The notes below the pieces were generated by a model. It was not told the DNA's origin. It was given only the letters and a program-made list of their open reading frames with translations, and made no database searches. Source: Octopus sinensis (lineage: Eukaryota). From it: 64,000 bases of DNA. Position 1 is the stretch's first letter; each line of letters starts with the position of its first letter. Positions 53,885-64,000 of the stretch are shown here, piece by piece. Made by a program: the position numbers and the translations under genes. The stretch is from positions 27,367 through 91,366 of the forward strand of contig NW_021836156.1 of NCBI RefSeq assembly GCF_006345805.1, given 5' to 3'.

Positions 53885-55950
53885 TGTCAATAATTAAGCA
53901 TCAAGGTTGTGCTGTCAGAGCCAGGGCGCGTGTTCTAAAACACGAGGGGACGAAAGCCGTTGGATGGGCCCGAGTGGTAGAGGTACAACGTAGCAACAAA
54001 GCTACAATTCGGTCTTTGACGGGTCGGGACGGCCGTATGCTATACGAGTCCAAGCAAATGTGTACGGAATTTCAGTAGCACTTCGCCGAACTGTTTGGGG
54101 TGCGCGATGTGTCGGGGACGGAGATGAATTTCACCTCCTACCTCGGCGGTATGCCTCGCCTTTCGGCTAGGGACGCGGAGTTCTGCGAAATGCCGATAAC
54201 AGCCAAAGACATACATGACGCGATGACGAGCTGCACAAAAGAGGTCTCTGGTCCTGGATGGTCTACCCTTCGAGCCTTGTCTTCATGTGCCAAACTTGTT
54301 CGGTGATCACTTGGCGAATGTCTACCACAATTCTATTCTAGTCTAGGCACAAGGCCCGAAATTTTGGGGGAAGTGGCCAGTAGATTAGATCGATCCCAGT
54401 ACGCAACTGCTATTTAATTTATCGACCCCGAAAGGATGAAAGGCAAAATCGACCTCGACGGAATTTGAACTCAGAACGTAAAGACAGACGAAATACCGAT
54501 AAGCATTTCGCCCGGCGTGCAAACAATTCTACCAGTTCTCCGTCTTAATGTCTACTACAATTGGCAGCAGAAGGGGAGAATACCCGATACTGTGAACCGT
54601 GTTGCAATGGTGCTGCCGAGAAAGGACTTGAGCAAGGAGGACCAAATAGATAATTTTAGGCCCATAATTCTCTTAAATGTAGATTATAAGATTTTGGCCA
54701 AGGTGTGAGCCAAGGGATTGGCGCTTCTCGTCGGTAAGCTGTCGGTGACGCGCAGACTCGCACTATTCCGAACACATCTATCCACGATAACCTCCACCTC
54801 ACGCGCTACATCATAGAGAGGGAAGGGAAGGAACCTGGTATGGGTAGGGCTCTGATCAATTAGGATTAGTCAAAAGTTTTCGACGAGGTCGACTATCAAT
54901 ACTTGGAGGCTGGATCGCTGCAATGTATAACGGCATCTGTACGGTGGTCAAAATAAACGACCATCTATCGGAATCGTTTAGCACCACTCACTCGGTCCGT
55001 CAGAGATACCCACTCTCTTCGCTTTTGTACGTGCTTACTATCGAGCCATTACTGAAGAAGATGGATATTTCGAGGGGCATCCCGCGTTGTCTAGGATGCG
55101 GAAGGCACGTGTCAGCTTATGCAGATGACGTCACCGTAATAGCGTCGGATAGCTCGGAAATCTTGGAGATTGGCTCTACCTTAAGAGATTACGAAGCGGT
55201 AATTAATCAGGACAAGTCAGTGGGCCTGCAGTTCGGCACCTGGAGAGGCAGGGCCATGCTAAGCAACAGCCTGCTAGGGCGCTGGACGGAAGGACCGGTT
55301 AAATTACTTGGTATCTGGTTTGGTCCGGACCTCCAGGTGGACAAGAACTGGGGGATGTGACGAGCAGGGTAGCCAATCTCACCTAGAAATGGGTTGAGAG
55401 GAAGCTGTCCCTGAAAGGTCGGGCGAAGATGGCGAATGCATGCATCGCCTCAGTCATATACTTCCGCCTGACCGTCATCTCTTGCCCTGCTACATGGCTG
55501 ACCCAAGATGGAGCGCCTGCTCTTCAGCTTTCTGCGGAAGGGATGTGCTCCACTCGTCAGACGGTCCATCTGCTGTCAACAACCGCTGAGTGGCGGACTG
55601 GGAGTGCCGTGGCTAATGATGCGAAGACACGTGCCGAGGCTGCAGCATCACCAGGAGTTTCTTGACGGTGAGAAGGTGTGGTCATCGTTTGTCAAGCAGG
55701 GTTTTCTGCAGCTCATCTCATTGACAGGGCTACAGTCCTTGGACAAGCGTAGACCAAGAAGTGGCGCTTGGTACCAGGAGTGTCGGCAAGCGCTAACAGT
55801 CGACCGCATTGCCAGTCGAGCAATGCGGATAGTGAAAGTTCCACTATGGAGTTGTATAGGAGATTAGTGGCGGGCAAGAGCGACGACGTCCTCGGGGAAA
55901 GTCTGGGTTTCAAGAGGGATTAATTAACTGGTCTTTTTCGGAGGACTTTC
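53885..55950 (+). mobile_element. Decayed Tx1/L1-group LINE, RT region
   Basis: GPDGLP.E, NFRPIILLNVDYKILAKV, SVRQ..PLS.LLYVL.IEPL, YADDV, INQDKS, KLLGIWF, GGLG.P; stops and frameshifts. Confidence 0.88.
54333..54546 (-). mobile_element. Family C-variant SINE inserted in the Tx1 element
   Basis: TSD aatgtctaccacaatt / aatgtctactacaatt. Confidence 0.85.
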
Positions 55951-56269
55951 AAGCACCACCGCCATTATCACTGTCGCCTCTGCCTCTATCACAACTGCAG
56001 CTCATACTATTACTATCACCCGAGCAAGAGGAGTAGAAGAAGCGTCATTGGATAGTGAGGGAGGTGGTCAAAGTGTGACACACGGGAGCGGTAGTGGAGC
56101 GATAGAGTAGTTGTATACTGTCAACATAACGTGACAGTTCCGTAAAGGAAATTACACCACCGCTATTTAGCCCTAGGAAGCATCGACGCTTCCTGTCGGC
56201 TTTGACACATTTCCTGTGTCCTTATATTTGCGAAGGGGAGGCAAGCACCCCCACCAGCTAGGATCAGCA

Positions 56270-56315
56270 CCTGAAGGCATGCATGTTTCTGGGTCTTGCC
56301 CGTCATCAGACCAGG
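56270..56315 (-). ncRNA. Type I hammerhead motif with a mutated cleavage triplet, in a GC-richer element (about 56100-56357)
   Basis: cctggt CTGATGA c ggg caaga ccc a GAAA catgcatg CC ttcagg; palindromic stem III, U16.1 replaced by C. Confidence 0.6.
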
Positions 56316-56355
56316 GTAGCAAGTCCTGCTAGTTGAGATACTTGCCAAGCCTTCG

Positions 56356-56403
<48 letters not shown>

Positions 56404-56406
56404 GTG

Positions 56407-56448
<42 letters not shown>

Positions 56449-56672
56449 TGTGGTGTGTGTGCGTGTGTGTGTGTAAATAATGAGGGTGATAAAATGAATA
56501 TTAATTTTATTAACATCAATTTAAAACCAGTAGCCTAGCATATAGAAAAATCTGAAAATTCAGAAAAATTGTATTACATGCATATAAGAAAGGATTCCCA
56601 CAAAGTGGACATCCAATATGCTAGAAGTAGATCACCTACGATCTAACCACGAATATATTTGATTGGGCGCAT

Positions 56673-56809
56673 GATTTTCAAAATATAACGGTGTGGTTTT
56701 TGTTACTAGTTGGGTGGGTGAGGTATGTGTTAAAATTAACAGTAAAATATGAAAAAAAAATCGCCCAACCAACTGGTAATGAAAAGCACACCGTTATGTT
56801 ATGAAAATC
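56673..56809. repeat. Imperfect ~49-bp inverted repeat
   Basis: gattttcaaaatataacggtgtgg...tgggtga versus tcgccca...cacaccgttatgttatgaaaatc. Confidence 0.75.
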
Positions 56810-57012
56810 CAATCAAATTTAAATGCTTATTCTTTGAACTGGATTATACCATATCGTATCATATCATATCATGTCATAACATATAGTATATGTATCATCG
56901 CAATTAAATTCAGTATCGATCACAACTATCTGACGGACGGGAACATGAAACTCTGAGTAACAGTATACATACACACACACATACACACATATATATACAT
57001 TTATACATACGT

Positions 57013-57046
<34 letters not shown>

Positions 57047-57206
57047 GTATGTATATATACATGGTTGGATATATAGTGCTGAAGTGATGAATGTAGGGAT
57101 GTATCATGCGTACCATATTTATCACTGAAAGAAACAAATCCCATCCCAATAACTACGTGACCCAGTTCTCATGCAAGCCTACAGTTATAGAATAATAGTT
57201 TTGAAA

Positions 57207-57525
57207 GACTCCGCCGGTTACGACGACGAGGGTCCCAGCTGATACGATCAACGGAACAGCTTGCTCGTGAAATTAACGTGCAAATGGCTGAGCATTCCAC
57301 AGACACGTGTACCCTTAACGTAGTTCTCGGGGATAATCAGCGTGACACAGAGAGTGACAAGGCAGACCCTTTGAAGTACAAGTACAACTCATTTTTGCCA
57401 GCTGAGTGGACTGGAGCAACGTGAAATAAAGTGTCTTGCTCAAGGACACAACGCGTCGCCGGGAATCGAACTCACAACCTTACGATCATGAGCCGAATGC
57501 CCTAACCACTAAGCCACGCGCCCTC
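57207..57525 (-). mobile_element. Chimeric SINE: family B head and core with the family D 3' half
   Basis: Core gtgtccttgagcaagacacttt...ccactcagctggcaaaaatgag joined to ...gaactacgttaagggtacacgtgtctgtgg...; TSD agaataata. Confidence 0.85.
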
Positions 57526-57819
57526 AGAATAATATTTAAAATACATATGAATATTCCAGCATCACGATCAGTCCCACCACCACCACCACAAAAAAAGTTC
57601 AAGAAAAATGAGTAAATAAAAAGAAAAGAGTAGGTGAAACGGGTATAAAGTGATTATAGAATCATTCTTAAGGAGTCGTTACCATTATATTAGAATGGTG
57701 TAGATACACACCATTTCTTCTGATTTATATAAAAACAAAAGACTTTTGTATATACTATATAAAAAATGTTTAAAATTCTGTCTTTGTGTGTGTGTGTGAG
57801 TGTGTGTGTGTGTGTGTGT

Positions 57820-57968
57820 GTGTTGTAAGAAGCTTTCTTCCCAACCACATGGTTCCTGGTTCTGTCCCACCGCGTTGCACTTTGGGCAAGTAGTCTTCTA
57901 CTATAGACTCGGGCTGACCAAAGCTTTGTGAATGGATTTGGTAGACGGAGTCTGAAAGAATCCCATCT

Positions 57969-58017
<49 letters not shown>

Positions 58018-58232
58018 CTTTGTGTCTGTATTTTCACCTCACACCAACATCGCTTGACAACCAATTTTAGTGTGTTCACGTCCTCGTAACTTAGCGGTTC
58101 AGCAAAAGAGACCGATAGAATAAGTAACTAGGCTTACACAGAGTAAGTCCTGGGGTCGATTTGCTCGACTAAGGCGGTGCTCCAGCATGGCCACAGTCAA
58201 ATGACTGAAACAGGTAAAAGAGTAAAAGAGTA
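57820..58232 (+). mobile_element. SINE family A, slightly 5'-truncated
   Basis: Core, microsatellite and tail present. Confidence 0.85.
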
Positions 58233-58289
58233 TGCGCAATATTTGTGCATTTATCAAGGGTGCTCAATGATAAGTATCCTCGTTATAAA

Positions 58290-59075
58290 CTTCTTGACAG
58301 AGATGGGCATCAAAACGTGCCCCTGAACCTTCTTACAGTTCAGACCTTACTCCCTGTGATTTCTTATTTCTTTATTGCCCACAAGGAGCTAAACATTGAG
58401 GGTACAAAGAAGGACAGACAAAGGGATTAAGTCGATTAGATAGACCCCAGTGCGTAACTGGTACTTAATTTATTGACCATGAAAGGATGAAAGGCAAAGT
58501 CGACCTCGGCGGAATTTGAACTCAGAACGTAACGGCAGACGAAATACCTATTTCTTTAATGCCCAGAAAGGGCTAAACACAGAGGGGACAAACAAGGACA
58601 GACACACTGATTAAGTCGATTACATCGTCCTCCTGTGCGTAACTGGTACTTAATTTATCGACCCCGAAAGGATGAAAGGCAAAGTCGACCACGGCGGAAG
58701 CTGAACTCAGAACGTAGCGGCAGACGAAATACCGCTAAGCATTTCGCTCGGCGTGCTAACGTTTCTGCCAGCTCACCGCCTTAATCACTTAATCGCCTCC
58801 TTAATCACTCCCTGCGATTTCTGATTATTCCCCAAACTGAAGGAGAAACTTAGGGGCAGTCCTTTTTAATACAAAGGAGGTTGTGGCAAGGGTCCTGGAA
58901 CCTTCATTTTGGAGGACTGCCATGGGGCCTTCACGAAGTGGCTGGTGTGCTAAAACAAGTGCACTGAAGTTATGGGATCCTACTTTGAAGAAGATTAAAG
59001 GGCACTTAGTGTTTTGTACTTGAAATTAATAAATGTCTTTCTTGAAAAATTCTGAGAACCTCTGGAATGAAACTT
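58290..59075 (+). mobile_element. Mariner 3' fragment interrupted by a family C dimer
   Basis: SYSSDLTPCDF*LFPKLKEKLRG reads across the insertion site. Confidence 0.7.
58362..58782 (-). mobile_element. SINE family C, tandem dimer
   Basis: Junction cgaaatacctatttc at about 58540; TSD actccctgtgatt / actccctgcgatt. Confidence 0.88.
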
Positions 59076-59275
59076 AATCTTTCTTTCTTTTGTTTTACTT
59101 GTTTCACTCATTGGACTGCGAACATTCTGGAGCATTTCCTTGATAGCTTTAGCCGAACAAATCGGAGCAAGTACTCACCTTTTCTCTATAAAGTCCGGTA
59201 CTTTCTCTATGGGTTCTTTCACCGAACCGCTAAGATACTTGGACGTAAATATACCAGCACCGTCTGTCAAGTGTT

Positions 59276-59547
59276 ACTCTCTCTCTTTTACTCTCTTTTA
59301 CTTGTTTCAGTCATTTGACTGCGGCCATGTTGGAGCACAGCCTTTAGTCGAGCAAATCGAGCCCAGGACTTATTCTTTGTAAACCTAGCACTTGTTCTAT
59401 CGGTCTCTTTTGCCGAACCGCTAAGTTACGGGGACGTAAACACACCACCATCGGTTGTCAAGCGATGTAGGGGGGACAAACATAGACACACACAAACACA
59501 CACACACACACACACACCACACACACACACAAACACACACACTCACA

Positions 59548-59595
<48 letters not shown>

Positions 59596-59755
59596 CGTGC
59601 TTCTTCAGTTTCCGTCTACCAAATCCACTCACAAGGCTTCGGTCGGCCCGAGGCGATTGTAGAAGACACTTGCCCAAGGTGCGACGCAGTGGGAATGAAC
59701 CTGGAACCATGTGGTTGGTAAGCAAGCTGCTTACAACACAGCCACTCCTGCGCTT
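59276..59755 (-). mobile_element. SINE family A, full length, nested in an older relative (59090-59275 and 59765-59890)
   Basis: Complete reverse complement from tail to head. Confidence 0.88.
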
Positions 59756-59908
59756 CCTGTTAGAGGTAGCACAAACACAAACACACGCACACTCACGTAT
59801 ATACACAATGGGTGTCCACACACCCTCCGTCCACCAAATTCACGCTCAAGAAACTGGTCAGCCACCCCAGCAGAAATACTTGCACAGAAATACCTGCACT
59901 TCAGTACT

Positions 59909-60290
59909 GGGAAGCACTCCGTCGGTTACAACGACGAGGGTTCCGGTTGATCCGAATCAACGGAACAGCCTGCTCGTGAAATTAACGTGTAAGTGGCTGA
60001 GCACTCCACAGACACGTGTACCCTTAACGTAGTTCTCGGGGATATTCAGCGTGACACAGAGAGTGACAAGGCCGGCCCTTTGAAATACAGGTACAACAGA
60101 AACAGGAAGTAAGAGTGAGAGAAAGTTGTGGTGAAAGAGCACAGCAGGGATCACCACCATCCCTGCCATAGCCTCGTGGAGCTTTAGGTGTTTTCGCTCA
60201 ATAAACACTCACAACGCCTGGTCTGGGAATCGAAACCGCGATCCTGTGACCGCGAGTCCGCTGCCCTAACCACTGGGCCATTGCGCCTCC
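59909..60290 (-). mobile_element. SINE family D, full length
   Basis: TSD acttcagtact / acttcggtact. Confidence 0.9.
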
Positions 60291-60989
60291 ACTTCGGTAC
60301 TATGTATATATACAGATGCTTACACTTTGTACACACAGTGTCGCTGCGTGGTGACAGAGAGGGATTTTTTGGAACCCGCTTGAGTCCTTCATTTGGATCT
60401 TATTGGTGAATGAGTTCCTTGTATAACTGTCCGTGGGGCCACTGCCGGTAAACTCACTATTAATTAGCGACTCTCTTTTTTTTTTTGTACTCTCTTTTAC
60501 TTGTTTCAATCATTTGACTGCGGCCATGCTGGCAGCACCGCCTTTAGTCGAGCAAATCGACCCCAGGACTTATTCTTTGTAAGCTTAGCACTTATTCTAT
60601 CTGTCTCTCGAATAAATAAGCATTACATTTGACAGAATAATTTAGATGCTAAAGTGTTAAGCCTGTACTGGGGTTGTTTTAATCGAGTAAGCCTTCCGCT
60701 CAAAATTTCGGCCTTCTGCCCCAATCAGACACGGTAATTTCAGATTACATATATTTCTTTATTGCCCACAAGGTGGCCAAACATAGAGGGGACAAACAAG
60801 GACAGACAAAGGGATTAAGTCGATTAGATCGACCAAGTGCGTAACTGGTACTTTATTTATCGACCCCAATTTCAGATTATATATGGCTTGTGCGATGAAG
60901 TAAAAATGTCACCAATATTCTATAGAATACCTGGCCTACAGTACTATTTCATCACTAGGGGTTATGTTTTGGACCCTAAAACTCATCAG

Positions 60990-61150
60990 GACGGCTACCC
61001 TGTTTTCATGGTCCATCGCAAGATGCCGGTTCATCGCAAGGTTACTCGTTTACAGCTGAGGGGACTGGGGCAAGGTGAAATGGAGCGTTTTGCTCAAGAA
61101 AACACGCACTGTCCATACCAGGTATCGAAACTGCAGTCTTACGATCGTGG
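60990..61150 (-). mobile_element. Old diverged SINE family B
   Basis: cgatcgtaagactgcagtttcgatacc...ttcttgagcaaaac...ctcagctgtaaa on the minus strand. Confidence 0.65.
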
Positions 61151-61445
61151 GTTTTATCACTTTGACATCGTAACGTGTCTTGGCTGATAGAAGCAGGTCC
61201 GGATTAGTTAATCAGACAGAAGTCGATACTTTTTGTTTATGTGTTTATAACTTTAAGACGCTGTTCCGTGCTGATCCGTGCCGATATCTGTGAACTAATA
61301 ATAAATCGTTATACGCACGGTTTTTACTGATAGATAACAACAGATGGACGTGCTGTGTTTACAAATACAACACACACACACACACAAATATATATACATA
61401 AGGGAAAGACCCCCCTTCAGTCAGTATTGACGATAGGTTTGCACT

Positions 61446-61824
61446 TATTTCCTTATTGCCCACAAGGGACCACGCATAGCGGGGACAAACAAGGACAGAC
61501 AAAGGAATTTAGTCGATTACATCGACCCCATGGCGTAACTGGTACTTAATTTATCGACCTCAGCGGAATTTGAACCCATACGAAATACCTATTTCTTTAC
61601 TACCCACAAGGAGCTAAACTCAGAGGGGACAAACAAGGACAAACAGACAAACGGATTAAGTCGATTATATCGAGACCAGTGCGTAACTGGTACTTATTTA
61701 ATCGACCCCGAAAGGATGAAAGGCAAAGACGACCTCGGCGGAATTTGAACTCAGAACGTAACAGTAGACGAAATCCGCTAAGCATTTCGCCCGGCGCGCT
61801 AACGGTTCTGCCAGCTCGCCGTCT
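61446..61824 (-). mobile_element. SINE family C, tandem dimer
   Basis: Junction cgaaatacctatttc at about 61581. Confidence 0.82.
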
Positions 61825-61960
61825 TTATCTCATGACGAACATTGAAGTAAGCTGCCTATCGACTTTGCATATACGTTATGTACGATACATTAATGACGAT
61901 CCTAAGAATATCTTTTGTGCGTGTATTTATCTGTTACAAGGTATTTTATTTTCGTCATTG

Positions 61961-62334
61961 TGGAAGCACTCCGTCGGTTACGACGACGAGGGTTCCGATC
62001 AACGCAACAGCCTGCTCGTGAAATTAACGTGTAAGTGGCTTAGCACTCCACAGACAGGTGTACCCTTAACGTAGTTCTCGGGGATATTCAGCGTGACACA
62101 GAGAGTGACAAAGCCGGTCCTTTGAAATACAGGTACAACAGAAACAGGAAGTAAGAATGAGAGAAAGTTGTGGTGAAAGAGTACAGCAGGGATCCCCACC
62201 ATCCCTGCCGGAGCCTCGTGGAGCTTTTAGGTGTTTTCGCTTAATAAACACTCACAACGCCCGGTCTGGGAATCGAAACCGCGATCCTATGACTGCGAGT
62301 CCGCTGCCCTAACCACTGGGCCATTGCGCCTCCA
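61961..62334 (-). mobile_element. SINE family D, full length
   Basis: TSD tttcgtcat. Confidence 0.9.
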
Positions 62335-62844
62335 CTTTCGTCATGTCTAAAAGAAAAAAAAAATTACCTTTACTAGTGTGGCATACTTGTCGCAAAATGC
62401 TGTCTTTGCCAGATGAGACTATGACAGGAGAAAATGTTCACGTAAGGGTAGGCGAAAAGAAATATTAATTCATCAGAGACAACTACAGAAGAAGGGATAC
62501 AACGAAAGACACGTTGAGGTTAAATAGAGTTTTTTAAAGGTAACTCGGCATAAACAGAAACAATGAAAATAAAGTAGAGAAACAGAATTTTATATATATA
62601 AATATTAAGTAAAATGTAATAACCATTATTTATGCCCTGTTTATATATATATATATATAATATAGAAATATTTATATATACATATATATATAATATATTA
62701 TATATATATATATATATATGAGTGTGTATGTGTGTGTATGTGTGTGTGTGTTTCTATGTATGTATGTGTGTGTGTGTTTCTATGTATGTATGTGTGTGTG
62801 TGTTTCTTGTATGTATGTGTGTGTGTGTGTGTGTGGGTGTTTGT

Positions 62845-62865
62845 GTATTGCTTCGCTAATACATA

Positions 62866-62896
<31 letters not shown>

Positions 62897-62949
62897 GGCA
62901 CCTGCGCACGGATGACACGCAAATTCGTGAGACGTTCCATATTTTTTTT
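62845..62949 (+). ncRNA. U6: U6 snRNA copy (diverged retrocopy) fused to a LINE-type tail
   Basis: gtattgcttcgctaatacataaaaattggaacgatACAGAGAagattagcatgg...gatgacacgcaaattcgtgagacgttccatatttttttt, then ggcggtgccctagcatggccacagccccaaggctgaaac. Confidence 0.9.
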
Positions 62950-63035
62950 ACTGGCGGTGCCCTAGCATGGCCACAGCCCCAAGGCTGAAACATATATAAA
63001 AGTAATAAATAAATATACATATATATATATATATA

Positions 63036-63079
<44 letters not shown>

Positions 63080-63811
63080 GCATACATACACACACCCATG
63101 TTATATACATGTCTCTGTATGTACATCATATATGCGTGCGTGCATGTGTATGTGTATGAGTGCGTGCGTGTGTGTATATAATATATATATATTCCTATCT
63201 ATTACATATATATATATATATATATGTAATATATAGGAATATAGACAGCATTTTGCGACAAGCATACCACACTAGTAAAGGTAATTTTTTTTTCTTTTAG
63301 ACATGCTGTACAATGACGAAAATAAAATATAATATATATATATTATATTATATTATATAATACAATATTATATTATTTATATTATATTATATTATATTAT
63401 ATTATATTATACATTATATTGCTTTCCAGATATATGAACAAACATTAGTAACTGTCTGAATTACCTCCCTTGAATCGGATTTTACTAAACAGTGGACGCA
63501 ATTCTTTCCCTTCCTAATTTTCTCTGTTCTGTATCGTGCAGAGTGATCGCAGCTGGTAGGAAGACTGGCGTAATTGTTTGATACCTAAATGTTTCATAGT
63601 ATTTCTATAATTGCCAACCATTTAATGGATTTCCGTTAATTAAGTGTTCGTGTTAGAGTCGGATCAAGTATTTTATTATCAGCATTAACAGCGTGGTTTT
63701 TCCACTTTCATCAATAATATATATATATACATTTATATATATATAATATATATATAATATATAATATATATATATATATATATATTGTGTGTGTGTGTTT
63801 GTATATGCATT

Positions 63812-63847
<36 letters not shown>

Positions 63848-64000
63848 CTGGGAGACTTGGCTGGGACAGCTTGCTATGTCTGTAGAAGACGTGGTTCGTG
63901 TCCCACGGCAGGTTCATTTTCCACTCTGTAGCTTTATGTAATCTGACTAAGGAGAGAGTATACCAAAGAAATAATTATTTCACGTTCTCTCAACAAATAT

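Larger units (their letters stand above)
61943..63330. repeat. ~85-bp inverted repeat pair (left arm split by SINE D) enclosing the second U6 chimera
   Basis: 61943-61960 plus 62342-62406 is the reverse complement of 63243-63329 (agacagcattttgcgacaag...gtaaaggtaattttt...agacatg...aatgacgaaaataaaata). Confidence 0.8.

Noticed and set aside
62405-62450. CAGATGA...GAAA atgttcacg TA inside the inverted repeat
   Set aside because: Core mutated and stems I and II unsupported; suggestive only.

Overview
Eukaryotic, AT-rich, microsatellite-saturated DNA with no intact host protein-coding gene that I can support. Almost all ORF-track entries are translations of (TA)n/(CA)n/(GATA)n/(CAT)n/(AAT)n runs. 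The SINE repertoire and repeat style point to a cephalopod (octopus-like) genome; this is inference from recognition, not a database match. The window is an intergenic or intronic transposon graveyard: four tRNA-derived SINE families (here A-D), an (AAT)n-flanked repeat (E), decayed mariner (DD34D), maT (DD37D), Chapaev3-like and hAT-MITE DNA transposons, and fragments of R4/Dong, Tx1, RTE and CR1/L2-group LINEs. Three signals go beyond an ordinary repeat list. (1) At least eight minimal type I hammerhead ribozyme motifs sit in short non-coding, often inverted or tandem units resembling Penelope-like pseudo-LTRs and retrozymes. (2) One such family joins a tRNA-like Pol III head to a hammerhead, i.e. 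a candidate ribozyme-bearing SINE. (3) Two near full-length U6 snRNA copies are each fused directly to the ~55-nt 3' tail used by SINE family A and its candidate partner LINE. All alignments, translations and folds were done by eye; coordinates of diverged repeats are approximate.
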